DNA from: Chrysomallon squamiferum
Lineage: Eukaryota > Animalia > Mollusca
Direction of reading: 5' to 3'
DNA length: 64,000 nucleotides
NCBI GenBank assembly: GCA_012295275.1
Contig: CM022678.1
Coordinates: 19,220,001 to 19,284,000 of the forward strand
This document shows, piece by piece, positions 43,141 through 56,576 of the stretch. The translations under genes were made by a program, and so were the position numbers. Under the pieces are notes generated by a model. The model was not told the DNA's origin and searched no databases. It was given only the letters and a program-made list of their open reading frames with translations. The first letter of the stretch is position 1. Every line of letters begins with the position of its first letter.

Positions 43141-44440
43141 AAAAAAAACAACAACAACAACAGTAAAAGCCATATAAGCAATATTTTATAAGAACAAATA
43201 CTGTTATATCATTATCGCATGGCAAAAATTATAAGCACAGTAATCACCGCATGTCCTTATTATATATGTACATTTACAAATGTCATATTGCAACTCATGA
43301 ATGGGTTATTTGGAAGGATGCAGGCTGTTTGTTCGTTGTTAATATGGAAATGAAACGTGGATCATAATATCGACATTTTTGTACTTTCAGCTTCCAGAGG
43401 TCATCTTCTTCAAAACTACTTGCGTCTTCATCGTCTTCTTTTTTGCGGATTCGTTGTGAATAGCTTGCACAGGATTAAAATATATTTTCTAATCAGCTCC
43501 AGTATTTTATTTCACGTCATTCTATTATCGACATGTCGAGTCGACCTGATGACAGAAATTCAAATAAAAACAAAAGTGTTTATCTACTTCACTTCACGTG
43601 ATCACTCAGTGTTAGTGTTTTAGTTTAAACCATTAACCGTACCTGGCACAAAAGGTATGCTAACTACTTGTTTCGATATCGATATATGAGTAATCGTGTC
43701 ACATAGTATTTCTCTTCACAGTAAAGCTTTACGATTAAATTCTGTAAACGTATTTCTTATACACTAGAGAGGTATAACTAATTTAACATCGGTAAACATC
43801 TTTTATTAGCTACATGCTGAAAGATATTTCCAAATGTACTGTTTATTTATTAAATTAATGTCGGCTATTTACTTATTGTTATATGCGATTTGTTTCTGTT
43901 TTTATATGTATTAATAGTTGAATTAATTGGATAGGTTAAAAATGTTGCCACGTTGCCCGTAGCAAACTTGTGTAATGTAATTTGTTTTATGTACATTTAT
44001 GTGTATAACTTCTAAGTTATGGCCCTTTCTGTGCGTGCAGATGGAGGATTGGTGAGGCTAACAGAAAAGTACGTGCGTCCTATCAAAGTGTACTCTTCTT
44101 ATCGTAACGAAATTCATTGTTACGTATTCAACATCTCAGTAATTCTGACTTGTGTTAAAAAATAATTGTTTATAATTTTATGTTTTGTCATTTTCCTTTT
44201 GAGCCTGTGGTATCTTTACTCTTTTATTTTTTTTTAATTGTTTTATTTTATTTTTATTTTATTATTTATTGTACAATCTCTTTGTATATACTTTAACCAA
44301 ATTAAGCAATTGTTCAGTCCTCAGGAAATAAACACATGAAATTATCACATTTTATATTTTCATTGCACTTACAGAATCTGCATGTTAAGAGATTGTGTGC
44401 GTTCTCTATCATGAGACTAGACTCTGAATGTTTGAAATAA
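42910..44440 (+). pseudogene. Duplicate of the two GPCR relics at 29400-31100
   Basis: NKLLVFFLSRP (42937), GRMQAVCSLL (43312), LKDISKCTVYLLN...VICDLFLFL (43818) and NLCNVICFMYIYVYNF*VMALSV...LTEKYVRPIK (43965). Confidence 0.55.
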
Positions 44441-45089
44441 ACCTGTAGATAAAGTAATACGCATGAGATGAATCAATAACGTTATAGTCAACTAAAAGTA
44501 TTATTTCTAAGTACTAGCATATACAAACATACACCCACTTATTATTTGATAAATCTGGTTTGACCAAGCTGTAAATCTGAAATGAATTTTAAAGAAAAAT
44601 GCAGTGAGAAATATTGGGACTTGAGAAGGGCAGTAACTCTTATTACATCTCGATGTTCCGTTGCAACCTGAATTCAAGTTTCTACTAAAAATATGAACAC
44701 CAGTAACAGTTATTTAAATTAGAGGGATTATTTCTATTTATTTTATTTTAATTTTAATTTCTATGTTAAATATATATAAAAATTAAAATATATATATATT
44801 GTTGTTGTTTGCAGCTCATTCAAAATTAAATGAAAAGCAAATTATTTTGTCGCCAATATTTATTACTCATTTATCAGTTATATTTAAGAAAAGTTATTAT
44901 AATGCATGCTGAAATAGAGCTTCATCTAAGCAAGAGAAATTAACGTTCAACATATGTTTTATACTGAAGATTTACACTAATAAAATGCTTTTATTACTGA
45001 ATGTTTCTCTATCTATTTTTCTAAAAGTGTGTATGTGTGTGTGTCTGTGTGTGTGTGTGTTTATTTACATACATGTGTGAGAGAGAGAA

Positions 45090-45300
45090 TAACGTGTTTA
45101 TAAAAGTAAGCAGAAGAAAGTCACATCAAGGTGTAATGATACAAAACAAATTCCAATTAATATTTCTCACCACCAATCTTTAACGACGTTGTGCGTTGCT
45201 CCTTTTTCGAAAAGTTATGAAATCTTTTGCTAACCTTGTTTTCTATCTGTATTGAACATCAGAGTTTAAAGACGACACAATAGTAATAAATAGAAATTTA
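45090..45300 (-). pseudogene. Orphan first-exon/intron relic of a fourth TPR-TIR copy
   Basis: Collinear with 55560-55780 (ttataaaagtaa.cagaa; attaatatttctcaccaccaat; ctgtattgaacatc), but no main exon follows. Confidence 0.65.
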
Positions 45301-46035
45301 AAATGACAGGAGAACAAAGAGTAAGAAATTGAAATAATTTTATTTTTTAAGAATGTTATAATAAAATAAATAAATAAATAAATTAATAAATAAATTCTTC
45401 TTTTCATCTGATAACACTACGACTTCTAGCAGTTCTACAGTCATATTTAATTTTATAAGCCACTATGAACTAACAGTATTGACCATTAGCAGCAGATGTT
45501 TAATAATATAGAAACAGAAACGATGTCTGAAATATGCAATAATGATAGCGAGTATGCAAGACAAATAATAAATATTTATAGAGCAGTTTCTTCTCTTTTC
45601 TTCTTTTTATTATATTGTTGTGGAAGTGGATCTGCCTATATTATTCACAGAGTAATTAACCAAATGACAAGCATCAAAAAGGAAAAAACAATATTTGATT
45701 ACCTAAATAGTACTTTTCATTAGGCATCAAAATCTTACTTCTTCCAAAAAGCTTTCCCATCAATTTGTGTTTTGTTTCCTTCTTATATATTTGTATATTG
45801 CAGTTCCTCATAGTTATACCTCTTCTATATCAATAAACGATTCGTGAATCAAAGTTATAATTTAATGGACAAGTAATGAATAAAATTTTAGCTAACTAAA
45901 AAGTATATGATCGGAATATCAAATCTTGAACAAAACTTACACGTTCTGTTTGGATCTTCCTCACTTAAAATCTGACTGTCAGTGTTAATTAAACGGGTAA
46001 AATTTCTACTTCACTTTCTCGGTTTAATAAGAGGA

Positions 46036-46192
46036 AATAATGAATAGAGCGTTTCGTAGAAAAATCATTAATGCGTTTCGTAGAAAAATCATTAATGCGT
46101 TTTGTACAAAAAAATCAATAATGCGTTTCGTAGAAATAATGAATAGAGCGTTTCGTAGAAAAATCATTAATGCGTTTCGTAGAAAAATCATT
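46036..46192. repeat. 24-bp minisatellite (~6 copies)
   Basis: Unit gcgtttcgtagaaaaatcattaat. Confidence 0.93.
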
Positions 46193-46229
46193 ACACACAA
46201 TTTACCCGCTGTGTCAAGCTAATGTCATC

Positions 46230-47034
46230 GATGTAGACATGCGCTGTGCGTTGAGGATATTGATCTGATCGTGACTTGCCTCGTGTGTGGGTGCGGTCAA
46301 TTAACATATTACTTTGGGAAGAGGCGCTCACGATAGTGAATTTTTTAGTATACAAAATGCTGACTAGCGGTAAGATACGGCTAATAATCAATTCTTATAA
46401 GAAGTATGAAATAATTAAGTACTGTGAAGCCAATCCTAGCGAGAAAAAATGTCAGACGGCGGAGAGATTCATGATTACCCGCATAGCAATAAATGACATT
46501 TTGAAGAACAAATCTAAAGTGATCTACATCAGCGAGAAGTGTGAGAGGCCCGAGTCAAGAAAAGGCGGGATGAAACGCATCAAGCACGTCACGTTCCAAG
46601 TAGTCGACTCCGCGCTAACTATATGGTTTCAACAAATGTCTGCTAGACCTGAAATTTGCATCAATGGAGAAATGATACTTCACAAAGCACGAGGATGGTG
46701 AGAAACTGAAGGACAGTTGGAAAAGTGCTGAAAGCGGGTGAATCTGGCGATGTTAATACAGCAGTAGTTGAAGAATGGAAAACAGAGTAACTCAAGGACA
46801 TTCTCCAGAGACACGAACGACAGGACATTATAATGACACCGATGAAGGATTAACTTGACTGCTTCAGAGAACACGCTAGGACAAGTCGTCATTTTGCCGA
46901 CCGACATTTAAACGTAGTCGTTGTGACGAGTTAAGTGTAAGTTTCCATTATGACGACTTACCATTACTCGTCATATCTCTAAGTCGTCAGAAAAATCTTG
47001 GTCCCGAAAGAGACAATTTAGGCCGGTTTTACTG
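46230..47034 (+). mobile_element. Degenerate pogo/Tigger DNA transposon
   Basis: ORF 46276-46701 has CENP-B-type HTH domains (KKYEIIKY...INDILKNKSK...VDSALTIWFQQM...INGEMILHKAR). It is followed by GESGDVNTAVVEEWK and a decayed DIYN.DE.GL motif. The right end is ...GGTTTTACTG|TA; no left TIR was found. Confidence 0.88.
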
Positions 47035-47265
47035 TATAAACCTTTTCAGTTCTATTTCACTAGCCTACTCGTCAAACTTATCAAATAGTATTTTCGACGA
47101 AATTTAGCTATTTAGCGAATGTGACTGGAAACACCCATTAGTAATTTTAGTGAAATTGGAAAAATAAGTTAGACATTCGTGTAAATAGAGGATAGATTAA
47201 TGTAATATGAAATACCTATTTTATTTATATATATGTATATATATATACTGTTAGTGTTCGCGAAC
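46988..47265 (+). repeat. Inverted repeat arm, paired with 51401-51728
   Basis: cttggtcccgaaagagacaa...ttagtgttcgcgaa is the reverse complement of ttcgcgaacactaa...ttgtctctttcgggaccaag. Confidence 0.9.
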
Positions 47266-48229
47266 GGATTAAACTAAGTTATTACACACATGACTAAAGT
47301 TCACGAAATTATAACAATAAAATATATATATATATTCGGATCAGTGCATGCATTTAGAATTGTCATGTCTACTGAAGAAAAACAAAATTAAACTAGTGTT
47401 TCGACCGTTTTAGTTCCTTTAAGTTTCGTTCTCATGAATTAATTCCTAGCTTATACATAACCTATATTTCTATGTTTTAATCTAACAACTGCAGCACTCT
47501 CAAGAGTTTTACATGTTATTGACTTTTATCAGCACATGTGAATTAAAAATATGAGAGATAACAGCCGTTATATAACAATACAGAAACACAAACGAGTGTG
47601 TGAAGTTATGTCGTTGAATCAGTCGATTATTTAACAATACAGAAAGAGAAACAGCTGTGTGAAATTATGTCATTGGAATGTGTCAGAAATGCAGCGAGTA
47701 AAGCGACTAGTAAGATGTAACAGAGATTTAGAAAGCAGTTTGTAGAGTGATTTTTTTTCTTTCTCTATTTGTATTAATTTGAGTTACCACAGCTATGTTC
47801 TGTTTGAGTCACAGAATAATCAACGAATTGACTGGCTTCAAAATTTTAACATTAATAATACAAAAAATAAAATTATAATTAAACTAACTGACGAAATAAA
47901 TAAATAAATAAATAAATAAAACAAAGGACGTCTTTGTCCTACTTTTATATAAATACTAATTTTTATTAGGCGATCAAAATCTTACTGGTTTCAGAAAATT
48001 TTCCCATCGATTTACCTTTTCTGAGCTAAGTTTAATATTTAGTTAATTAGCTGTGTTATTTGCTTGATGGTTGTTTTTAAATTACACTTCCTTGCAGTTA
48101 GTACTTACGTATCAGTTGACTGTTATGCATCATAGTTTAATGGACAGGTAATGAATGGTATTAGAGAAAGGATTCTGAAGCTAGAATTTTGTTGCTGTTA
48201 TTCTTTTTTCTTTTTATTTCAATTATGTT

Positions 48230-49960
48230 CAGATTATTATTTTAGTGATTTATGATTAGCTGGAATCGTTGCTAAGAGGGAAACTAATTTAACATCAGCT
48301 AAGACATTAGGCGAAATAAAGGAAATAATTTTATCCCAGAAGTTTTAGGTGATAGGTATCAAATGAAGAAAGTGAGATTGTCCGAGAGATAGATGTAAAT
48401 GAGTTGAGTGTGGAGCAACAGTTAGCCTTTAAGAAACTGGAATACGAAAGAGAAGAACGTGCATTTGACAGAGAGACAGAAAGAGACTGAAGAGAGAGAA
48501 AGAGACAGAAGACAGAAAGACACTGAAGATTGTGACGAGAAAGATAAGAGAGGGTGTTAGAGAGGGAACATTAGTTAAAGCTGAAAGCCGAATTGTCTAG
48601 GCGTCGGGCAAGAGAAAGTAGTGAGGCAGGTAATAAGCATTTCAACACGTCTGAGGCTTGTAGATCAGTGTGTGTATTGGAAGACCCAGAGGTAGATATG
48701 TTCTTCCTACAGTCTGAACGGGTCGCCAAACAATTAAATTGTCCACTGTCTAAATGGATATTGTTAGCTGTGTGGAAATTTAAGGGAAAGGCTAGCTTAG
48801 GCTATAACTCAGTGAGTGATGAGAGGGCTACCCAGTATGAACTAGTAAAGTCTGCAGTGTTACGGGCGTATGAGTTGAGACCTGAGGATTATCGTTTACG
48901 GTATAGCGAATTAAAGAAAACACAGGGTCAGTCTTATAGCGAATTGGTGACTAAGAAATCAGGACTGTTTGACAAATAGGTAGCTTCTCATCAGATTCAG
49001 TCATATATAGTCCTATGGAAATTTTTCATTTAACAGGACACCAAGAAAGACTTACCACTTAGCTTACATATTCATCTAGAAAAACGACAGAGGATGCAGG
49101 CACGGCTCTGGCAGTACAGTTAGGTGCTTAACTAGACTTTTACCAGAGGCGATTCCCTTAACGAAAGTCACTGCACCTGTGGTAGCTAGTGCGCTGCTTA
49201 AATACTTCACGTATTCGGGATTACCAGGTGAACTTCAAAGCAGCCGAGCAAGTTTAGAGCAGGTTAATCCAGCAGGTTCTGGCTACGTTAAATGTACGGC
49301 ACATTCGTTCATAGTCGTTCCAGCCCGAGAGCCAGGGCGGAAAAGAACCTCTCCACCGCTGCCATTGTTTAGACAATTATGCTTACTGGAACCAGCCAGT
49401 TCCTTTCCTGTTGTTCGCGAGATTCGAAGCAAGACTCTTTAGGATTCACACCATTTGAACTGGTCTATGGGCATTCAGCACAAATTGATAACACAATTGG
49501 TTAGACGAGGCTAATTCGAAAAGGGAGATAACAGTTTTCGGAGTTGTGCTGACCTAAGCCCTGTGAATCAACTCATCAAGGCAGATGCTTATCCTCTTCC
49601 CCGCCTTGACGATTGCATTGATCGGATCGGACATGCTAAATTCATCAGCAAATTGGACTTAGTGAAGAGTTATTACACCATTCGGTTTACTGAGAAAGCT
49701 AAAAACATTCTGGCGATCATCACTCTAGATAACCTCTTCCAGTTTCGAGTGATGCCGTTTGGCTTGAAGACGGCCTCTGCGGCCTTTCTAAGGATGACGA
49801 ACCATGTGTTAGCAGACCTAGAAGATGTGGTGACTGAGGGCAACACTTGGGAGGAACATTTAACCGGGTTGCGACAGATATTCAGTCTACAGAAAACTAA
49901 CCTGACTGTGAACCTGAGCAAATGTGAGTTCATTAAAGCATCAAAAATACTGATGTAGTA
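48230..49960 (+). mobile_element. Degenerate Gmr1-type Ty3/Gypsy LTR retrotransposon (gag, integrase, RT fragments)
   Basis: Gag: FLQSERVAKQLNCP...YELVKSAVLRAYELRPEDYRLR. Integrase: PEAIPLTKVTAPVVASALLKYF...GLPGELQS, QPESQG, PFLLFA, LGFTPFELVYGH (49143-49476). RT follows: DAYPLPRLDDCID...KLDL...VMPFGLK (49563-49958). No LTRs recognised. Confidence 0.92.
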
Positions 49961-51400
49961 TTAAATACTGATGAAGCGAGAAAGAAGAAAACTGTTCAAC
50001 GAGCGGCCTTGATTATCTGTCATTTATTTATTTATTGATTTATGTATTTATTTATTTATAGCAAAATATATAAACAAACTAATTAATTTGATTTAATTTA
50101 AAAGAAGAAAAAAATTAAATGCATTCCATAGCAGCAGCAGCAACAACAACAACAACAAAAAGAAGGGAAAAATGAAGAAGAAAATGAAAAAAATAATCAG
50201 AGGATGATAATGATGTAATGATGATGGTGGTGATTATTATTATTATTTTTTTTTATTCCACTATTTTCGCTTGTCATTAAAACATACAATTCTACTCAAC
50301 AAATAATAAATATTTTCGAATGTATTCATTAATCCAATTGTTATTGTTATTGCGATCAACACAGATATTTTTCTCATTTTCATAATTGTTGTTATAGTTG
50401 CATAATTTCTACCGTTTAAATAATCTTCATTTTAGTTGCTCAATTCTGTTAATTATTTTGAATTGTGTTGAACATTAGTATAAAAACAAAACTAACTTGT
50501 TGCTACTGCTGTCGTTACTATCACTGCTGCTGCTACTATTTTTTACTGTTGCTTTTGTTATTGTCGTTGTTGTTGTTACTAGTAGTAGTAGTAAGAAGAA
50601 TAGTTTTTTTTTTACGACTGTCCACACTGAGCAGATAAAACGAAGGATCTGAAAGGGAGATAATCTATGTCTCGTAAGTAAGATCGTACTAATTTCATAA
50701 AGATTTTCTGCGGAAATACTTAATCATTGAACAAAAGAATGAATATTTGAATGAATAAACGAATTAATTAAAAAATAAATAATTGGTTTAATTAATAAAT
50801 GAATTAATGAATAAGAAAGCCTCAACTATTTTCAAATTAATGGTATCAAACCATTCCTCACTTTTCTGTCTTTCTTCATTTCTTTCTTCTTTTCTTTTCT
50901 CTTTTTTTTTTTTTTTTTATCTTAAATTAATTATTTGTTTTCAAATGTAGGATTGCTATCAAGAAAATTCGAAAGACCAAAATGCGAAACAAAAGTGAAA
51001 AAAAATGTTTTAAAAAAGAATGTTTCTTACACCTGTGTTTTTTTTTGTGTGTGTTTGTCTCTGCGTGTGCGTATGTGTTTTTCACTTTGTTTCGTTATTT
51101 ATTTATTCATTCAGAGACAGAGAAAATGTTTGTCTTTATATAATATTGTTTAATCATAACACAAGACAAAAATCCCAATTTCTATCATGAAATGCGGAAA
51201 GTATTTTGTAATTATGTGTCTACATATGTCTTCGGGTGTTTCAATCGATCTGGCGAACTTCATCTGGCTATTTGTCTACTATTTATTTAATGCTGATCGA
51301 TCGCATTGGTCGCTGAATTTAGATTTGTTCATTTATATCATATTCTTTTACTTACCTTTTCAGATCATCCGGATTTGAAAGTTGACTGGATAGTTGGTTA

Positions 51401-51728
51401 TTCGCGAACACTAATAGTATATGTATATACATAAATAAAATTAGCATTAAAATAGGTATTTCATATTACATTTCTAATTTTGTTCTTTAATCTATCATCT
51501 ATTTACACGAATGTCTAAATTATGTTTCCAATTCCACTGAAATTACTAATGGGTGTTTCCAGTTTTGTTTAGTCACATTCGCTAAATAGCTAAATTTCGT
51601 CGAAAAAACTCTTTGAGTTCGCTTTAAAATATAAATAAATTTGACGAGTAGGCTACTGAAATAGAACTGAAAAGATTTATACTGTAAAACTTGCTTAAGT
51701 TGTCTCTTTCGGGACCAAGATCTTTCTG
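51401..51728 (-). repeat. Inverted repeat arm (Tigger end plus flank), paired with 46988-47265
   Basis: Reverse-complement match to 46988-47265 with a few indels. Confidence 0.9.
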
Positions 51729-52138
51729 CTAATTTTTATTTATTTATTAAACAACCGTTATTGTCTTCAGTAGTAGTAGAAATAGTTATAGTTGTAGTCC
51801 TGTTAACAGCAGCAGTAGTTTTAGTAATAGAAGTTGTAGTTCTAGTAGTAGTCTTTTTTGTCGTTGATATTGTTTCTATAATATAATCAGAAACGGATTC
51901 AAATATGAAAAAATATAAATAAAAGTTAATTTCATTTATTATTGTTGTTCCTGTTGTTATTATCAATAATATATAATACGAGTAGTATTAGTAGTAATAA
52001 AAGTACTATATTTTATTGTTATTGTTGTTGTAGTTGTGTTCTTGTCGTTGTAGTTGTCCCATTTATTGCTGATCTTAATGTTGTGGTTGTTGTTCTATTT
52101 ATTATTCGTTTATTATTATTATCATTATTATTTTTATT

Positions 52139-52169
<31 letters not shown>

Positions 52170-52192
52170 TTATTATTATTTTTTATTATTAT

Positions 52193-52252
<60 letters not shown>

Positions 52253-52960
52253 CAAGGACCTTAAGCTGAAAAGGTCTAAAGGTTATACAGTTCAAGTCAT
52301 AAGAGTAACTTCAGAAAGAGATCTCTAAATAAAAACAGCATGAATTAATGTGTTTACAGTCCCAGCTATATATTATCAAAATACTAAAACGCATACACAT
52401 ACAAAGATTTTATCATTGACACAATTCACTGACTTGGAGGCACAATTACACACAAAACAACAAAAAGGAGGAAAGGATACCCTAAAGCAGAATTTTATTC
52501 CAAGCATAATTACTTTGTATATAGATAGACATAGATAGACACACAAAAACACATAATATATTTTCCGAATATCTACTTATATTTTTAAAATTGAAAAATT
52601 CAGTAATTGAAAACACTTCTAGACCAAGCATAATGACCTTCTGACGCATCAGATCACACAAACTTCATTTCAGGAATAAAGTTATTGAAAAAATGTATTA
52701 AAATAACAGCAGACTGTCTGTACAACCTATGTACGTGGATTTCATTTTTAATGTGTCTATCTGTAACATCTGGTTTTCTTCTCAGAAAAGAGACTTATTT
52801 TCCGACTTTCTCAGTATATTCTCAAATCAAAACTTTCTCCAGTCCAAACATTTTGCAATACGGTTCTAATATAACTACAATTATAAGTACAAGTAATATT
52901 TTTGTTCTCGTTGTTCTTTATTTTCTTTGTTCTATTTGTTCTTTATGACTATTAGTAGTT

Positions 52961-52994
<34 letters not shown>

Positions 52995-53122
52995 CAGCAG
53001 CAGCAGCAGTAGCAGTAGTAGTAGTAGTAGCAGCAGCACCAGCAATAGTATCTTCGTTTACAAAGAAGAACAATCCATGCAATTCATTTCAAACTGCTGT
53101 TACCATTTGTAAATTATTAAAT

Positions 53123-55235
53123 TTACAAATTGACGTCAGCATCAACAAGAAGTGGAAAAGTTTCCAGCAGCCAGTCCACTGCAGTTTTGTCGTCTGCTTT
53201 GTCTGGTGGAGTTTTTCCTGTTTTGAAATCATTCAGTTCAGTGACTTGGTGAGTCTCTCCTGATTTCAAGCATACAATCATCATCCTCTCATTTCTGGTA
53301 GCAGTTGCTATTGCCAAATCAATCACCTGTTTCCAGTGTGTGTTTGGGGTATCCGAATTAACAACTACAACAATGCATCGAATAAGAGGCATCAGTTGTT
53401 CGTAAAAATAGATATCATCCATTCCTTCAAACGAAAGCTCATCATTTCTCGTGACTTTGAGACCTGTATAGTCTTGTATAACTTGCTGAATCTTGTTTGA
53501 AATGTGAGATGTTTCCCAGTCCTCTTTGTCATGAAGAATCGTGACATCAGCGCCATTTATTTCATCTTCTTTGTTCGTTTTGTAATAGAACTTAAAAATC
53601 CTCCTGAAACATGACCAAGCCTACCCGGTGACTCGACTGTTGATAAGATATGCTGTGCTGTTTTCAGGTAAACTCGACTGATTAAAGGAACAACCTTATC
53701 AGCTTCTTGGGTGCCCATCAGCAGACTTGCACAGAGTCTGGCATTTTCGAATTCTTTTTTATTAAGATATTCTTCTGTAATTCTAACCCAGTCCTCTAGT
53801 CCTTGTTCTTGGTTTTCAGACTTCTGATGAATCGGAAGAAAATGGGCTAATTCACTGATCATACAGTAGATACCTTCAACTTGCCACGGCATTGGTACTT
53901 CAGGTAGACCATTCGTTTGCATCACCAAACCAGTTACAGTTTTAAAATAAGTGCGATATTTGTAAAGCACTTCAGGCGAAGAAGCTTCTATAGCAAGAAT
54001 TTTGTAGTTTATCATTTCTTTCCTTAGCAAAGCCTTTTCGTCTGAAGAAAGACCCCTATTTTTACTTTTTTCAAATCGGATTTTACACAATTCCATAAAG
54101 GCAGAAATTTCATAGAATGGGTATGTATCAGCTTCCGTTCCTTCTATTACACCTCTTAAGACGGATTCAGCAGCTTCAAAGAATCTATTAGTGATGTAAG
54201 CGGAAGCCAAGTCAAGTGCCGCATCAAAATTTGTGCCGTGTGTGATTTCAACGGCCTGTTTTAAAGTTTCTATCGCACGCTGAAATGTTGTCCTGTTCCT
54301 TTTTTGTTTCGATTTTCTCAAAAGAATCTTTCCCAGCTGATGAAGAGCATTGCCTGTAAGCAGAAGCCTGACTGACTCTTCTAACAGTCTCTCAGCTTTA
54401 TCCAGTTGCTTTGTGTTTAGGAAATGCTTACCGCAGCTAGAAAGCACAAAGTGGACGTGTTTGCCTAAATCAAGAGCTTTCTGGAAATATTCCTCGCGCG
54501 AAAGCAGTCGAGTTTGTTTGTGCACCTCTTCTACCAGCTTTTTATCTTCAAATGGCGTCCATCCAAATTCAAGCCGTTTCGCTAATTCCCCAAGCTCGGC
54601 ATACGCCATGGCATTCAATGGTTCTGGACCTTTACTGCCGACATCCTGGAGCAGTTTCCAGCATCTGACAGCGTATTCAACGACATCCACACCTGACTGA
54701 ATTGTATAGCTTTGAACGAACAGAGATCGCCTAAGTGTTAGACCCTCTCCAAATTTCCACTCGTATTCTTCCGGATAGTTCTGATTTACTTTTCTGTACA
54801 ACTTCAGAGCCTTTGGATAAGAAGCTGTCGAGATCCTAGCGTAGAAATAAGCAAGTTCAGCTTCAGCTACAGCAAGCATCCTGTCAAGGTCTCCACCCAG
54901 GTTTTCCAATTTGATTAATTCTGATTCAGCAGAACGGTCGTCTACTTTCTGCAGAAAACGCACACGGTTTGCACGAGCTACAATGTTACTAGGGTCATGA
55001 CGACAGACTTTTAAATTTATCTCAATTGCCTTGTCTCGATCTCCTAGCAAAAACAGCAAGAAGGAAATAAAATTGTCTTCTCGATTTCTTTCCATCTCTT
55101 CTTCTTGTTCTCCTTGTAACTTTTCAAGAACTTTTTCTCTGTGCTGTTTTGAGCAGAACATGAGATATGTGAGGTGAAAGGAGTGAGGAAATGATTGTAA
55201 TCTCTTTTCGAAGGAAATGTCCTCATCATCCGTAG
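53123..55235 (-). pseudogene. IFIT/TTC22-like TPR-TIR gene copy 3, main exon; 1-nt frameshift before the TIR (or a sequence error)
   Basis: ORFs 53557-55161 and 53123-53422 join if one base is restored at ~53622/53623 (SPGEAWSCFRRIF...GADVTILH...). Acceptor ttgttttccag precedes exon start 55235 (xTDDEDISFEKRLQSFPHSFHLTYL). The last 99 aa are 86/99 identical to copy 2. Confidence 0.87.
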
Positions 55236-55359
55236 CTGGAAAACAAAATAATTCAAGTGTGGCAGTTTTCTGAAGTAAAAGTATTTTCTAAAAATATGTT
55301 TGATCTTTTATTTTTTTATTAAACTGACGAGGAGTAATGATAATATATTGTTTTAACCG

Positions 55360-55475
<116 letters not shown>

Positions 55476-55649
55476 AAATTGGTGTGTGTGTGGTTGTTTG
55501 TTAGTGTTTTTATGTAGGTATCTCTATGTATGTATATATATATATATATATGTATGAAAGAGATAACAACGTTTTTATAAAAGTAATCAGAATAAGGTAA
55601 CATCAATGTGTAATGCTTCATAATACAGATCCTGATTAATATTTCTCAC

Positions 55650-55710
55650 CACCAATATTTATCCTGGCAAAATCCGTATCTATCGATGTCGTAGTTTGCT
55701 CTTTTCCCAA
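55650..55710 (-). pseudogene. First-exon homologue of copy 3, ATG not present
   Basis: Reads GKEQTTTSIDTDFARINIG + G|GTGAGA (phase 1); the ag-GATAATGGCT segment of copies 1 and 2 is missing. Confidence 0.65.
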
Positions 55711-56349
55711 AAGTATGTAATAAAATGTTTTAGTAATATTCTATTTCTTATAGCTGTATTGAACATCGTACATTTAAAAAGCCGTGGATAAAAATAAATC
55801 CTAGTAATAAATGAAAAATAATTACATAAAAAAAAACGAAGAAAGAAATCGAAAGAGAAAGAAATTGAAACAACATATTTTTTTAAAATATTATAATAAA
55901 ACAGAAATAAATAAATAAATAAAGAAAGAAATATATAAATATATAAATAAATAAATAAATAGGAACATTAGTGTATTTCTACTTTTAACCTAAAAACACA
56001 ACATCTACAGATTATACACTCTTAATTAGTTTCAACAGCTATCTTGAGCGTTATCAACCGATGTATGATAATACAGAAACAGAAACGGGTGTGTAAATCT
56101 AGGTCACAGAAATATGTAAGAAACATTGCGAGTATGAACACCGGGGAGAAGTAATAGTTATTTATAGATTAATTTGTAGTTGAATTTTTTATTTTTTTCT
56201 GTAATGTTGAGCAATTGTAGCTGTCTATGCTTGGGTCACAGAATAAAATGCTTAAAAGAAATAAAGTAAAAAGCAACAAATAAATGTTTCGCCTAACCCT
56301 TATCTAAATACTAATTGTATGATGCCACCAAAATCATCCTGGTTCCCAA

Positions 56350-56531
56350 AACATTTACATGGATTTACGAGCAGTTTCTTTCTTGTGTGTTTGTATATTA
56401 CAGGTCGTTGTAGTGTATACCTCTTAATAGTCAATAAACTGTTTGTGAATTATAGCTTGATTTTAAAGGACAGTAAAGTATCTCATCGGAAAAACACACC
56501 GACTGATCTTTCATTGTAGTGAATAATAATC

Positions 56532-56576
<45 letters not shown>

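Noticed and set aside
51310-51390. Strong minus-strand donor AAG|GTAAGT near 51355 as an upstream coding exon of copy 2
   Set aside because: The phase-1 frame contains a stop immediately upstream and no partner exon was found; a non-coding role cannot be excluded.
53557-53625. Programmed -1 frameshift giving TIR read-through in copy 3
   Set aside because: No in-phase X XXY YYZ heptamer; the nearby GGATTTTT run is ordinary coding sequence also present in intact copy 2.
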